A stretch of 53,221 nucleotides of DNA from Hydrurus foetidus (lineage: Eukaryota), in contig UYFQ01000007.1 in the NCBI GenBank assembly GCA_900617105.1, positions 1 to 53,221 of the forward strand. The letters run 5' to 3'. Numbering within the stretch: the first letter of the stretch is position 1; every line of letters starts with the position of its first letter. The notes beneath the pieces are model-generated. The model saw only the letters and a program-made list of their open reading frames with translations. It did no database searches and was not told the DNA's origin. The position numbers and the translations under genes were made by a program. This document shows positions 11,550 through 22,117 of the stretch, piece after piece.

Positions 11550-11753
11550 GGCCCATTCTCACATAGGGGTTGGGGTTGCAGCGGATTTAGGGGTTCATGC
11601 TGAGCTTTAACGGCGGTTGACTGGTGCTTTGCACCAATGATCCTTCAAATCCTTTGAATGTTCGCAACGAACGGCGTGCAAACGTATGTGCTGATTCGTT
11701 TCTAAAATCGGCTCATCAATTCACTGCTCACTTAGCCCATCTACGGAAACACG

Positions 11754-12335
11754 ATGAATATGCTCAAAAATACAGCTTTAGGGATGGTTTTTTTCGCCAA
11801 TGTGGGAGCCGCGATGGCCCAAGCGCCCAGCTACACCATTGATCCCACGCACACCTTTGTGATGTACGAAATCGGCCACTACGGCACCACCACCAACCGG
11901 GGGCGTTTCAGCACCGCTGAGGGCACGGTGGCCTTTGACCGGGCGGGCAAAACGGGCAGGGTAGACATCACGATGGACATCACCTCGGTGAACACGGGGG
12001 TGGATGCGCTGAACAAGCACATCCAGAGCAAAGACTTTTTCAATGCCGCTAAATTCCCGACGGGCAGGTTCGTGGCTGATAAGTTCAGCTTCGAGGGCGA
12101 TAAGGTCAGTGAAATCAGCGGTAATTTGACGCTCTTAGGCCAAACCCACCCCTTGAAACTCAAGGCCAACCGCTTTAACTGCTACATGAACACCATGGTG
12201 AAGCGTGAAACCTGCGGCGGGGATTTTGAAGGCACGATTGCGCGCAGCGACTGGGGTATCAGTTGGGGGCTGAATTTTGGCTTTGAAGACGCGGTGCGCC
12301 TGCTGGTGCAGGTTGAAGCAATCAAGACAAACTAA
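11754..12335 (+). CDS. YceI family periplasmic lipid/polyisoprenoid-binding protein
   Basis: Signal peptide, YTIDPTHT, DFFNAAKFP, RSDWG, VEA. Confidence 0.9.
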   Translation: MNMLKNTALGMVFFANVGAAMAQAPSYTIDPTHTFVMYEIGHYGTTTNRGRFSTAEGTVAFDRAGKTGRVDITMDITSVNTGVDALNKHIQSKDFFNAAKFPTGRFVADKFSFEGDKVSEISGNLTLLGQTHPLKLKANRFNCYMNTMVKRETCGGDFEGTIARSDWGISWGLNFGFEDAVRLLVQVEAIKTN

Positions 12336-13927
12336 AGCATGGATTCAGGTACCAGCGGTGCCATCAGCTCCAGTAAAAACCGCTGCCACATGGAAGTGTC
12401 GGGTTCTTCGGTCAACGGGGCTTCGTTGGCCGCACCCATCCACTCGATGCGCTTGCCATCCTCAGTGAGGCGCAGCCGGTAAGCGCCTTGGCGCTTGATG
12501 GTGTCCATCAGTTTGAGCACCTGCTGGGCCAACTCAGGGCTGTCGATGAAGAGACCGAGTTCGGTGTTGAGCAGCTCAGAGCGAGGGTCGAAATTCATGG
12601 AGCCGATGAACAGCACCTTGTCGTCAATCACCGCTGATTTGGCGTGCAGTCGCCCGATGGTGGGGCCAAAAATACCCATGCGCAAACTGCGTGAGACGCG
12701 CATCGGGCTCAGCTCGTACAGGTCAACGCCCAGGCGCAGCAGCTCGGGGCGGTAGCGGCGGTAGCCGGTGTGAACCACGCTTTCGTCTGTGGCGGCGAGC
12801 GAGTTTGTAATCAGGGTAAAGGGCAAGTTGCGCTCGCGCACTTCGCGAATGGCTTCCATGCCTGATGCCCCCGGTATCAGGTACGGGGAAATTACCACCA
12901 CGCTTTGGCGCGCGCGGCGGATGCGCTCCATCACGTTGTAGCGCACGCTCTCTACATCCTCCAGCGGCACGCTGCCGTACGTGGTTTTTTTACCAATCAC
13001 CCGGTCTGGGGAATCGGCGTAAGCCTCGGCAGTGGACCAAATCAGGCCCAGTTTGCCGGTGTTCAACTCTTCCACAATGGGGCCGTAGCCCAGCATGTCG
13101 TTGGGCGGTGGTTTGTCTGGTTCGGGGGTGGTGTCGGGGCCGCTGGCTTGTTCGAAAGAGGCTTGCAGGGCTGCGTTGGTTTGGTTGGCGGGGCTGGCGA
13201 TGGTGGTGATGGGGTAGCTGTAATCGCTGTTCCAGTACTGGTCAAACAAGGCCGATAACCGGGGTACGACGGCGCCGGTGACGAAGGTGTCGAGGTCAAT
13301 GAAATTTTCAACCGTGTTGCGCATGAAGTACGCATCCGCCAAATTACGTCCGCCAGCTACCGCCATAGCCCCATCGGCGATGAACAGTTTGTTATGCATC
13401 CGGCGGCTGACCCTGTTGAAGTCTGTCGCGGAGCGGGCAAACCGCAGCAAAAAGTGACTGCGCCCAGCGGGGAAGGGGTTGAACAGGCGAACTTCAACGT
13501 TGGGTGTGGCGGCCAGCCCCAGCAGCAGCGTGTCTTCACCAGCGGTGTAGAGGTCGTCCAGCAGCAGGCGAACCCGCACCCCGCGCAGGCCAGCATCTCG
13601 CAGCATTCGCATGATGTAGCGGCCCGTGTCATCGTTTTGGATGTGGTAATACTGCACGTCCAAGGTTGTTTGGGCGCGTTTGGCCAGTTCGATGCGGGCG
13701 TTGAGCGCGTAGGCGGCAATTGGCATCAACCGAAAGCCACTGAGGTCAGGGTCAGGGGATGCTGCTTGGGCGATGTTGACCAGTGCTGAATCGGGGGAGG
13801 GCGGGCGGGCGCGGGAGGCTGTGCGTACGGCATCTGTGGGCAGCATGGCGCAACCGGGGAGTGCGAGCAGTATGGCCAGCAGCATGCCCCATGAGGCCAT
13901 CCATTTTGAAATTCTCATGTTCAGCAT
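12332..13927 (-). CDS. Phospholipase D family lipoprotein (ClsC/YmdC-like)
   Basis: Two HKD motifs (RMHNKLFIAD, LHAKSAVID), GSMNFDPRS, lipobox-like LPGC. Confidence 0.88.
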   Translation of the reverse strand: MLNMRISKWMASWGMLLAILLALPGCAMLPTDAVRTASRARPPSPDSALVNIAQAASPDPDLSGFRLMPIAAYALNARIELAKRAQTTLDVQYYHIQNDDTGRYIMRMLRDAGLRGVRVRLLLDDLYTAGEDTLLLGLAATPNVEVRLFNPFPAGRSHFLLRFARSATDFNRVSRRMHNKLFIADGAMAVAGGRNLADAYFMRNTVENFIDLDTFVTGAVVPRLSALFDQYWNSDYSYPITTIASPANQTNAALQASFEQASGPDTTPEPDKPPPNDMLGYGPIVEELNTGKLGLIWSTAEAYADSPDRVIGKKTTYGSVPLEDVESVRYNVMERIRRARQSVVVISPYLIPGASGMEAIREVRERNLPFTLITNSLAATDESVVHTGYRRYRPELLRLGVDLYELSPMRVSRSLRMGIFGPTIGRLHAKSAVIDDKVLFIGSMNFDPRSELLNTELGLFIDSPELAQQVLKLMDTIKRQGAYRLRLTEDGKRIEWMGAANEAPLTEEPDTSMWQRFLLELMAPLVPESML

Positions 13928-13939
13928 CTCACCGTCACT

Positions 13940-14575
13940 TTACAAGCCCAACGCCGCCAAACTTCCCCGCCCTTCGCGCACCACGATGGGGTCGCCGCCG
14001 TTGCCCATGGCGGTAAGGTCAATCACTGTGGTGGACTCGAGCGGACAGGCACCTGCGTCAATCACGGCGGCGAGTTGGTGTTCGAAGCGTTCGCGGATCT
14101 CATCAGCGTCGTTCAGCGCATCGGTTTCACCAGGGGGGATCAGCGTGGTGGCGAGCAGGGGGCCGTCGTGCAGGGCGAGCAGTTCTTGCAGCACGCGGTG
14201 CTCAGGCACGCGCAAGCCTATGGTTTTGCGTTGGGGGTGGCTGACGCGGCGGGGCACTTCTTTGGTGGCTTCCAAAATGAAGGTGTAGGCACCGGGCGTG
14301 GCGGATTTGAGGAGGCGAAACTGCCGGTTGTCCACCACCGCGTAGCTGGCGAGTTCGCTCAAATCGCGGCACAGCAGCGTCAGGTGGTGCTTGTCGTCCA
14401 CGCCTCGGATGCGGCGCAGGGTGTCGGCTGCGGCTTTGTCGTCCAAATGGCAGGCCAGGGCGTAGCTGGAATCGGTGGGCACGGCCACGATGCCGCCTTT
14501 GCCCAATAGCTGTACGGCTTGTTTGAGCAGGCGGAGCTGAGGGTTTTCAGGGTGAATGAGCAGGTGCTGGGCCAT
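13940..14575 (-). CDS. Sua5/YrdC/YciO family protein (YciO-like)
   Basis: IHPENPQ, PTDSSY, TIGLRVP, TTVIDL. Confidence 0.88.
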   Translation of the reverse strand: MAQHLLIHPENPQLRLLKQAVQLLGKGGIVAVPTDSSYALACHLDDKAAADTLRRIRGVDDKHHLTLLCRDLSELASYAVVDNRQFRLLKSATPGAYTFILEATKEVPRRVSHPQRKTIGLRVPEHRVLQELLALHDGPLLATTLIPPGETDALNDADEIRERFEHQLAAVIDAGACPLESTTVIDLTAMGNGGDPIVVREGRGSLAALGL

Positions 14576-14617
14576 AGAGATTTCGGAGCAGTGTTTCGTT
14601 CAGTGGGGGTAAGTGGC

Positions 14618-15538
14618 TTAAGCGTTTGCTGATGAGCGTTGTTCACGCACACTCAGCAAGGCGCTGGCACCACCGCACAGGGCGATGAGGGCCATCCCTG
14701 CCATGCCCCATGCGTCGGGCACGTGGTGCAACACCAGCCAGCCGAGCAGCATGGCCGAGCCAATTTGGCCGTAAAAGTAGGGCGTGAGGGTGGCCGCCGG
14801 TGCGCGGGTGTAGGCGATGGTCAGGCAGTAGTGGCCGATGGCCCCTGCACAGCCCATCAGCAACATGCGCCACCACAGGGTGGCGTCGTCTATGCTGATC
14901 CAGGCAAAGGGCAGCGTGAGGGTGGCTAGGCCGGTGCCCACCCAGCCGGTGTAAAAGTGCGTGGTGGAGGGATTTTCAGTGCGGGCCAGCGCGCTGGTCA
15001 GCAGTTGAAACCAGGTGTTGGCTGCCACCACCAGCAGCGGCAACAACCAACTCCAGTGAAAGTTTTCGCCGCCGGGGCGAATGATAAGCATGGCCCCGAC
15101 AAAACCCCCTGAGACAAACACCCAGCGCAGCGCTGACACGGTTTCTTTCAGCCAGAAGCGGGCAATCAGCGTGATGACCAGGGGGGTAATCATCACAATG
15201 GCAGTGAACTCTCCCACGGGTATGAAGCGCAGGCTGGTGAACGCAAACAGGCTGCTGCACAAAAGCAGCGCACCGCGCAAAAGTTGCAGTTTGGTGTTCT
15301 GGGTGCGCCACAGTGCGCGGCCTTGGGCAGGGAGCAGCAGCAGGGTGCTGAGCGCTGCTTGAATCGCGTAACGCACCCAAATTGCCATCATCAGCGGCAC
15401 CGCCGAGATCACGGTTTTGGTGGTGGTGTCGAGCACGCCAAAGCAACACACCGCGAACAGCACCAGTCCTATCGCTGACAGCGGACGGTCGGTACGGCGG
15501 TCCAGGTGAGGTTGCTGTGTGGGGGCCGGTTCCGTCAC
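14618..15538 (-). CDS. DMT/EamA family transporter
   Basis: About 10 hydrophobic segments, IIRPG; GTG start overlaps the PHP stop (GTGA). Confidence 0.85.
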   Translation of the reverse strand: MTEPAPTQQPHLDRRTDRPLSAIGLVLFAVCCFGVLDTTTKTVISAVPLMMAIWVRYAIQAALSTLLLLPAQGRALWRTQNTKLQLLRGALLLCSSLFAFTSLRFIPVGEFTAIVMITPLVITLIARFWLKETVSALRWVFVSGGFVGAMLIIRPGGENFHWSWLLPLLVVAANTWFQLLTSALARTENPSTTHFYTGWVGTGLATLTLPFAWISIDDATLWWRMLLMGCAGAIGHYCLTIAYTRAPAATLTPYFYGQIGSAMLLGWLVLHHVPDAWGMAGMALIALCGGASALLSVREQRSSANA

Positions 15539-16389
15539 TGGATCCGGCTCTCCAGCACTTCCCACACCGGTGTCAGTTGACCGGGGAGGAAAGGCAGTTG
15601 GCCCAAATCAATGCGCGACTCAGTGGGGCTGTGGAAATCGCTGCCGCGTGAGGCGCACAGGCCCAGTTCTTGGGCCAAACCGGCATATTCAATGTATTCG
15701 GCAGGGGTGTGGCTGCCTGTGACCACCTCCACGCCTTGGCCGCCGTGGGTTTTGAATTCGGTGAACAGGGCGTATTCCGCTGTGCTGCTGAATTTATAGC
15801 GTCCAGGGTGTGCCACCACAGCGATGCCGCCTGCTTCGGTGATCCAACGCACCGCGTCCCCCAAACCGGCCCAGCGGTGTTCAACGTAGCCGGGTTTGCC
15901 TTCGGTGAGGTACTTGCGGAAGACCTCGGGGGTGTCGCTACAGACACCGGTTTCCACCAAAAAACGGGCGAAATGGGTGCGTGAGATCAGCTCGGGGTTG
16001 CCCACGTACTGCAAGGCACCTTCGTACGCGCCGGGGATGCCCACTTTGGCGAGTTGCTCCGCCATGTCTTGTGCCCGTACATCGCGCCCGCCACGGGTTT
16101 GACGCAAACCTGCGGCGAGTTGTGCGTTGTCAGCGTCAAAACCCAGGCCCACGATGTGGACGGTTTGGCCTGCAAACGTGACCGATATTTCAACGCCAGT
16201 GAGGTAGTGCATGCCCAGGGCTTGAGCGGCAGCAAGGGCGCGTTGCTGACCACCAATTTCGTCGTGGTCGGTCAGGGCCCAGAGTTCTACGCCGTTGGCG
16301 TGCGCCCTGGTCGCGAGTTCTTCGGGGGTCAAGGTACCGTCGGAGACGACGGAATGGCAATGGAGATCGGCGTTGAGGATGTTTGGCAC
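15535..16389 (-). CDS. PHP-domain phosphoesterase (YciV/TrpH-like)
   Basis: DLHCHS..SDG, LTDHD, AHPGRY, GSDFH. Confidence 0.9.
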   Translation of the reverse strand: MPNILNADLHCHSVVSDGTLTPEELATRAHANGVELWALTDHDEIGGQQRALAAAQALGMHYLTGVEISVTFAGQTVHIVGLGFDADNAQLAAGLRQTRGGRDVRAQDMAEQLAKVGIPGAYEGALQYVGNPELISRTHFARFLVETGVCSDTPEVFRKYLTEGKPGYVEHRWAGLGDAVRWITEAGGIAVVAHPGRYKFSSTAEYALFTEFKTHGGQGVEVVTGSHTPAEYIEYAGLAQELGLCASRGSDFHSPTESRIDLGQLPFLPGQLTPVWEVLESRIQ

Positions 16390-16464
16390 GGTTTGATTTT
16401 AGTCCCTTGACCTTGTGGGTGCTGGTGTTTTCCCTTTGTTGCGCTTTTTACGTTAATTTCTGTG

Positions 16465-17208
16465 TCAGTTTCTGGCGTGCGAAAGATGGAATTTGGCAAC
16501 GCCTTCAAACTGGCTCAAATCTGCGCTGAGTTGGGTCAGCGTGGCCCCGGTGCGGCGGCCTTTGGCAACGGCCACAAAGCGCCACTCAATGATGCCGCCA
16601 TCGCCCTGGACGGAGAACGAGCCACCGGCCACGTCATAGCCGCGTTCACTGGCCTCGCGCCGCAGGGATTTTTCTTGGGGCATGTAGTCTTTGACAAACG
16701 TCAGTACCACCGCGATGGCGGGGCGTGAGGGCAGCTGGCCTTCCAGGTGGGATACCCACATCATGCAAAACAGCGACAGCAGCGTGACCATCACCGCACT
16801 CACGTACATGCCAATGCCCATCATCACGCCTATCGACGCGGCTGACCACAGCGAGGCCGAAGTCGTCAACCCGCTGATGTTCAAGCCATCTTTCATGATG
16901 ACACCGGCACACAAGAAGCCGACACCGGTAATCACGCCCTGGATGACCCGCGTGGGGTCGGGTACAGCCGCGCCAACAGAGGTCATCCAAAACTCGGGGT
17001 GGCCTGCGATGACCGTCAGTGCGGCGGAGGCCATGCACACCAGCCCATAGGTGCGCATACCGGCAGCTCGACCGTGGTACGAGCGCTCGTAGCCGACCAC
17101 AAACCCCAGCAACATAGCCCCCAGCAGGCTGGCCAGCACGGTAAGGTTAGCTTGCCAGTGAAGCGCGGCGAGCAGATCGACAAGGAGGGATGGCGAGGTG
17201 GTGTCCAT
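16465..17208 (-). CDS. MgtC/SapB family membrane protein
   Basis: GYER, AGMRTY, DPTRVIQGVITGVGFLCAG, GLTTSA; AGGAG RBS before MDTT. Confidence 0.88.
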   Translation of the reverse strand: MDTTSPSLLVDLLAALHWQANLTVLASLLGAMLLGFVVGYERSYHGRAAGMRTYGLVCMASAALTVIAGHPEFWMTSVGAAVPDPTRVIQGVITGVGFLCAGVIMKDGLNISGLTTSASLWSAASIGVMMGIGMYVSAVMVTLLSLFCMMWVSHLEGQLPSRPAIAVVLTFVKDYMPQEKSLRREASERGYDVAGGSFSVQGDGGIIEWRFVAVAKGRRTGATLTQLSADLSQFEGVAKFHLSHARN

Positions 17209-17255
17209 GATGTGCTCCTGTGACGTTGTGGTTTTTGGGCGGGGTTGTGGTGCTT

Positions 17256-18236
17256 TTAATCGACTTTCGCGCCCGAGGCTTTCACCACTTTTTCGTACTT
17301 GCCTAACTGGGCTTTCATGAAGCTGCCAAAGGCTTCTGGCGTGGTGGGCACGGGTTCTGCCATCAGGGCAGCAAAGCGGGTGCGAGTTTCGGGTGAATTC
17401 AGCGCGGCGGTAAAGGCTTCGTTCAAGCGGCGAACGGTGTCGGTGGGGGTGCCCGCTGGGGCTACCAGCCCCCACCAGGTGTCCACCTCGAAGCCTTTGA
17501 GCGTTTGCGCCATTGTGGGCACCTCGGGCAGCGCGCTGCTGCGTTGTGCGGACGTGACGGCCAGCGCCAAGAGCTTGCCAGAGCGGATGTTGGGTGCTGC
17601 AGTGGCGAGGTTGTCGATATTGAAATCCACTTGTCCGGACAGCAGCGCCAATTGCGCAGGGTTGCCTCCGTTGTAGGGGATGTGGACGACGAACACACCT
17701 GCTTGTGCTTTGAACATTTCACCCGCCAAATGCCCGGCGCTGCCATTGCCGCCGCTGCCGTAGTTCAGCCGCCCTGGGTTGGTGCGGGCGTAGGCGATCA
17801 GGTCTGGCAGAGTGCGGATGTTGAGGCGTTGGGCGCGCTCGGCGTTCATCACCAGCACATTGGGCACCCGCAGAATTTGGGTGATGGGTGCGAAATCGGT
17901 GGCGGCGTTGTACGGCATCTTGCTGTAGAGCCAAGGGTTGAGGGCGTGGGTGGCGGTGGCAGCGATGCCAATGGTCATGCCATCGGGCGTGGCTTTGGCG
18001 ATAGCGTCCGCGCCGATGTTGCCGCCCGCACCGGCGCGGTTGTCAATGATGACGGGCCCCAGGCTGTCTTTGACGCGCTCTGCCAGCAAACGCGCCGTCA
18101 CGTCAATCGGCCCGCCGGGCGCGTAGGGGACGATCAAGCGGATGGGGCGGGGCTGCGCGATGGCGGGCAGCGTTGCCGACAACGCGAGGAGGGGAAGGGC
18201 GAGTTGGAGGGTTTGGAGTAGGTGTCTGCGTTTCAT
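17256..18236 (-). CDS. Bug/TctC tripartite tricarboxylate transporter substrate-binding protein
   Basis: PYAPGGPID, NRAGAGGNIG, HIPYNG. Confidence 0.92.
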   Translation of the reverse strand: MKRRHLLQTLQLALPLLALSATLPAIAQPRPIRLIVPYAPGGPIDVTARLLAERVKDSLGPVIIDNRAGAGGNIGADAIAKATPDGMTIGIAATATHALNPWLYSKMPYNAATDFAPITQILRVPNVLVMNAERAQRLNIRTLPDLIAYARTNPGRLNYGSGGNGSAGHLAGEMFKAQAGVFVVHIPYNGGNPAQLALLSGQVDFNIDNLATAAPNIRSGKLLALAVTSAQRSSALPEVPTMAQTLKGFEVDTWWGLVAPAGTPTDTVRRLNEAFTAALNSPETRTRFAALMAEPVPTTPEAFGSFMKAQLGKYEKVVKASGAKVD

Positions 18237-18257
18237 TCACCTATTGTGCGGCAGCCG

Positions 18258-19298
18258 TCAAACTTTGGCTTTATCCGCTTCGGTCGTAAAGGAATCGGCA
18301 TAGAACTCATCCACCGGCAACCCGCCCACGGTGGTGTAGTCGTGGCGGGCCGAGTCGATCACGATGGGCGCACCGCAGGCGTAGACCTGATGGCCCGATA
18401 AATCGGGGCAGTCTTGCAGCACGGCTTGGTGGACGAAGCCGGTGCGGCCCGTCCAGTGGTCTTCGGGCAGGGCGTTGGAGATCACCGGCACGTAGCGCAG
18501 GTTCGGCAGCTCAGTCAATTTTTGCGTGACCCAATCGTTCAGATACAGGTCTTCAGGGCGGCGGCCACCCCAGTAAAGCGTTGTCGGGCGGGTGATGGCC
18601 TTGTGCTGCATGTGCTCAATCACGGCCTTGATGGGCGCAAAACCGGTGCCGGAGGCCAGCAGCACGATGGGTTTGTCGGAGTCTTCGCGCAAGAAGAAGC
18701 TGCCAAAGGGGCCTTCGATGCGTAAAATTTCTTTTTCTTTCATCGCACCAAACACATGGTCGGTGAACTTGCCGCCTGGCATGTGGCGGATGTGCAGCTC
18801 CAGGCTGGCGGGGGCTGTGGCCAGGGTGTGCGGGGCGTTGGCCATCGAGTAGCTGCGACGAGCACCATCGCGCAAAATGAACTCCACGTACTGCCCGGCG
18901 TGGAACGCGAAGCCGTCGTTGGCTGGCAGTTGCAGGCGCAACAGGGCCACATCGTGCGATTTGCGTTCCAGCGAGATCAGGCGCGAGGGCATTTTCTTGA
19001 TGGGGAAAGCGCCTGCATCGGTGACTTGGCGTGATTCGAGCACCACATCGCTGTGTGGTACGGCGCAGCAGGTCAGCACGTAGCCATTGGCTTCTTCTTC
19101 GTCTGACAGGGCTTTGCTCTGGTGTGCGCCGTGGACGACGGTGCCTTCGAGCTTTTTGCATTTGCACGAGCCGCAGGCACCGTCTTTGCAGCCGTAGGGC
19201 AGGCCTATGCCTTGGCGAATGCCTGCGCTCAGGATGGCTTCGCCCGCGTCGGTCTGGAAGCTGCGCCCGCTGGGGTTAACGGTAATGTGAAAGCTCAT
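18258..19298 (-). CDS. 2Fe-2S/FAD/NAD oxidoreductase (CDP-6-deoxy-delta-3,4-glucoseen reductase family)
   Basis: CKDGACGSC ferredoxin, RSYS, SGTGFAP, YACG. Confidence 0.88.
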   Translation of the reverse strand: MSFHITVNPSGRSFQTDAGEAILSAGIRQGIGLPYGCKDGACGSCKCKKLEGTVVHGAHQSKALSDEEEANGYVLTCCAVPHSDVVLESRQVTDAGAFPIKKMPSRLISLERKSHDVALLRLQLPANDGFAFHAGQYVEFILRDGARRSYSMANAPHTLATAPASLELHIRHMPGGKFTDHVFGAMKEKEILRIEGPFGSFFLREDSDKPIVLLASGTGFAPIKAVIEHMQHKAITRPTTLYWGGRRPEDLYLNDWVTQKLTELPNLRYVPVISNALPEDHWTGRTGFVHQAVLQDCPDLSGHQVYACGAPIVIDSARHDYTTVGGLPVDEFYADSFTTEADKAKV

Positions 19299-19353
19299 GT
19301 TGTGGGTATCCTTGGGCGAGTTTCGGGTTCGTTTTTTTAGAAAGTTCGTAATT

Positions 19354-20331
19354 TTGCCTTCAAACTTGAATTCCATCGGCGCACGTCCCTCTCGCTTTCG
19401 CCGCGAGAGGGTGTTGATCGTCGGCTGTGGTGATGTGGGGCAGCGTACTTTGAGCGCGTTGGTGGGTCGTGTTCATGTACTGGCACTGACCTCTACAACC
19501 GCGAGGGTGGCCGATTTAAGGACGCTTGGCGTCACGCCGCTGCTGGGCAATTTAGACCAGCCCCAGACCTTGGCACGACTGGCGGGCATCGCCCACCGGG
19601 TGCTGCATTTGGCACCACCAGCATCAGCATCCTCGGCGGGGTCGCAGGGCGTGGATTCGCGCACGGCATCCTTGTTGCGGGTATTACGCCAACGCGCTGT
19701 GCCTTCGATGGTGGTGTACGGCTCCACCAGCGGTGTATATGGCGATTGCGGTGGTGAAATCGTGTCAGAAATAAGAGCACCTAACGCCCATACAGCAAGG
19801 GCAGAGAGGCGAATGGATGCTGAAAGCCGGTTGCGCCAGTTTGGCCGGGCCACGTCAGCGCGTGTCAGCATCCTGCGCATCCCTGGCATCTACGCTCCGA
19901 ACCGCGCTGAGGGGATGCCTTTGGGCCGTTTACGACTGTGTACCCCTGTGCTCGACGCTGCCGATGACGTGTATACCAACCACATCCACGCCGACGACTT
20001 GGCCCGTGCTTGCGTGGCGGCGCTGTGGCGTGGCAAGCCGCAGCGGGTGGTCAATATCAACGATGACACGCAGCTTAAGATGGGGGATTATTTTGATGTG
20101 GCAGCGGACATGTACGGCTTAGCACGTCCCCCTCGGGTATCGAGAGCTGAGGCGACTGTGCAATTGTCACCCTTGCGCCTGAGCTTCATGAGCGAATCAC
20201 GTCGCATGGACAACAACCGCATGAAGCGCGAATTGCGTTTGCAGTTGCACTACCCTACAGTGCATACAGGGCTGTTGGTAAAAACCTTACCTCAGAGTTT
20301 GTCTTATACAACTCGGCTAAACTCAAGTTAG
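19354..20331 (+). CDS. NAD-dependent epimerase/dehydratase (SDR)
   Basis: GCGDVG, STSGVYGD, NHIHADDLA, SFMSESRR; TTG start inferred. Confidence 0.85.
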   Translation: MPSNLNSIGARPSRFRRERVLIVGCGDVGQRTLSALVGRVHVLALTSTTARVADLRTLGVTPLLGNLDQPQTLARLAGIAHRVLHLAPPASASSAGSQGVDSRTASLLRVLRQRAVPSMVVYGSTSGVYGDCGGEIVSEIRAPNAHTARAERRMDAESRLRQFGRATSARVSILRIPGIYAPNRAEGMPLGRLRLCTPVLDAADDVYTNHIHADDLARACVAALWRGKPQRVVNINDDTQLKMGDYFDVAADMYGLARPPRVSRAEATVQLSPLRLSFMSESRRMDNNRMKRELRLQLHYPTVHTGLLVKTLPQSLSYTTRLNSS

Positions 20332-20347
20332 CTTACTTATCTTTACT

Positions 20348-21115
20348 GTGGACTCATCAACACTAAACCCCACCGTTGACACGCGCATGTTGCGTCTTGA
20401 CCATGCTCGTATGTTGCTGGAGCAGTCTGGTAACAAGCACTTGGTCAAGCCGGGTGCCAATGCCGAGATGCTGCAAGCCTTGATTGATGGCCTGTGCGAT
20501 CTGTCTCAACGCGATGCCCTCACCGGATTGGCCAACCGCCGTTACTTTGCCAGCGTGCTCGACCGCGAGATTGACCGCGTGGCCCGCTCTGGTGAGTCTG
20601 CCTTGCTGCTGATGGTGGACATTGATTTTTTCAAACGTGTTAACGACACCCACGGCCACCCGGCTGGAGATGCCGTTATCAAAGTGGTTGCTCAGCGCCT
20701 GCTGCAATGCGTGCGGCCTATGGACACCGTAGCCCGCTACGGTGGTGAAGAGTTCGCTGTGGTGCTGCCCGATTGCCCTGCGTTTTTTGCGAGTATTGTC
20801 ACTGAGCGTATTCGTGTGGCTGTAGAGCGCGAGCCTATCCTTGCGGGGCCGGGTTTAGAGATTTCGACCACCATCAGCATTGGTGGTGCTTTTGCACCAG
20901 GTTGGATTCGGTCATCGGCGGCTTTGTGGGTAGAACGGGCTGATTTGCAGCTCTACAGCGCGAAAAGCCAAGGCCGTAATCGGGCTAATTTGGAACAAAC
21001 GCCGGTCAGTACCGTATCGGCGGAAGAAAAAACACTGTTATTTGGCAATTTAGGCGACGAGTTCGCAGAGTCTTTCGACTCCGAGCCGTCACATCTTGGT
21101 CTGGCCAAAGGATAA
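20348..21115 (+). CDS. GGDEF diguanylate cyclase
   Basis: DALTGLANRR, DIDFFKRVND, RPMD I-site, GGEEF. Confidence 0.9.
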   Translation: MDSSTLNPTVDTRMLRLDHARMLLEQSGNKHLVKPGANAEMLQALIDGLCDLSQRDALTGLANRRYFASVLDREIDRVARSGESALLLMVDIDFFKRVNDTHGHPAGDAVIKVVAQRLLQCVRPMDTVARYGGEEFAVVLPDCPAFFASIVTERIRVAVEREPILAGPGLEISTTISIGGAFAPGWIRSSAALWVERADLQLYSAKSQGRNRANLEQTPVSTVSAEEKTLLFGNLGDEFAESFDSEPSHLGLAKG

Positions 21116-21118
21116 GCA

Positions 21119-21949
21119 ATGAACCAGACTACCTCAACGACACCGACAACGACCTCCACCTTGAGACAGGTATCCCAACGCGCAGCCCGCGTGATCGCTG
21201 TAACCAGCGGCAAGGGCGGCGTGGGTAAAACTTTTGTATCGGCCAACATGGCCGCAGCCCTGGCCAAGCGCAATTTGCGTGTGCTGGTGTTGGACGCTGA
21301 TTTGGGTCTCGCGAACTTGGACGTGGTGCTCAACCTCTACCCCAAGATCACCCTGCACGATGTATTCACGGGCAAAGCCAAGTTGGAAGAAGCGATTCTG
21401 CCAGCACCCGGCGGCTTTCATGTACTTCTGGCCGGTTCGGGCATGGTGGAGTATTCCCGCCTGACGGCAGAAGTTCGCGACCAGTTCCAAAAAGTGCTGA
21501 CCAGCATCACGCCGAACTACGACGTGATCATTTTGGACACTGGTGCCGGTATCTCTGACGTGGTGCTGTACGCGGTATCGCTGGCTGATGAAGTGCTGGT
21601 GGTCGCCACCCCTGAACCCACATCGCTGACCGATGCTTACGCCACCATCAAGGTGCTGGCGGCACAGCAAAAGCGCTATTTGATCCGCATCGTCATCAAC
21701 CAAACCCTCAAGCTGGGCGATGGCCGCATGATCGTGGCTCAACTGCAACGGGTGCTTGACCGCTTCATTGGCGGTGCCGCAGGCATGAACGTGAAGCTGA
21801 TGCATGTGGGCGACATTCCGCATGATTTGGCTGTGCGCGAAGCCGTGCAAAAGCGCCAGTTGCTGTACACCACGCTCCCTGGCTCTCCCGCTGCACTGTC
21901 CATGTCTGCCATGGCAACGCGGCTGGAAGAGTTTTTGGTTCGGCAGTAG
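21119..21949 (+). CDS. MinD/ParA-family ATPase, FlhG/FleN-like
   Basis: SGKGGVGKT, DADLGLAN, DTGAG, PEPTSLTDAYA. Confidence 0.88.
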   Translation: MNQTTSTTPTTTSTLRQVSQRAARVIAVTSGKGGVGKTFVSANMAAALAKRNLRVLVLDADLGLANLDVVLNLYPKITLHDVFTGKAKLEEAILPAPGGFHVLLAGSGMVEYSRLTAEVRDQFQKVLTSITPNYDVIILDTGAGISDVVLYAVSLADEVLVVATPEPTSLTDAYATIKVLAAQQKRYLIRIVINQTLKLGDGRMIVAQLQRVLDRFIGGAAGMNVKLMHVGDIPHDLAVREAVQKRQLLYTTLPGSPAALSMSAMATRLEEFLVRQ

Positions 21950-22092
21950 CAGCATCACTGTTGCGGCCAACTGCCCCGTGTTAGTCTATATATTGGACTG
22001 AGTCTGCCTTTGTCTGACGTACCGCTGAGTCGTACCATTCTGCGGCCTTCAATGGATGTCCAGCGTCTAGCTTTTGTTAAGCTGGGCGGTTT

Positions 22093-22117
22093 CAAGCCCC
22101 AAGCCCCAAGCCCCAAG
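22093..22117. repeat. Tandem 7-mer (CAAGCCC)x3.5
   Basis: Read directly from the sequence. Confidence 0.8.

Noticed and set aside
16465..17475. Long N-terminal extensions in the ORF track (MgtC, MCO, queD, iaaA, valS, leader at 35422)
   Set aside because: They overlap neighbouring genes or intergenic DNA; downstream starts fit RBS, signal peptide or domain boundaries better
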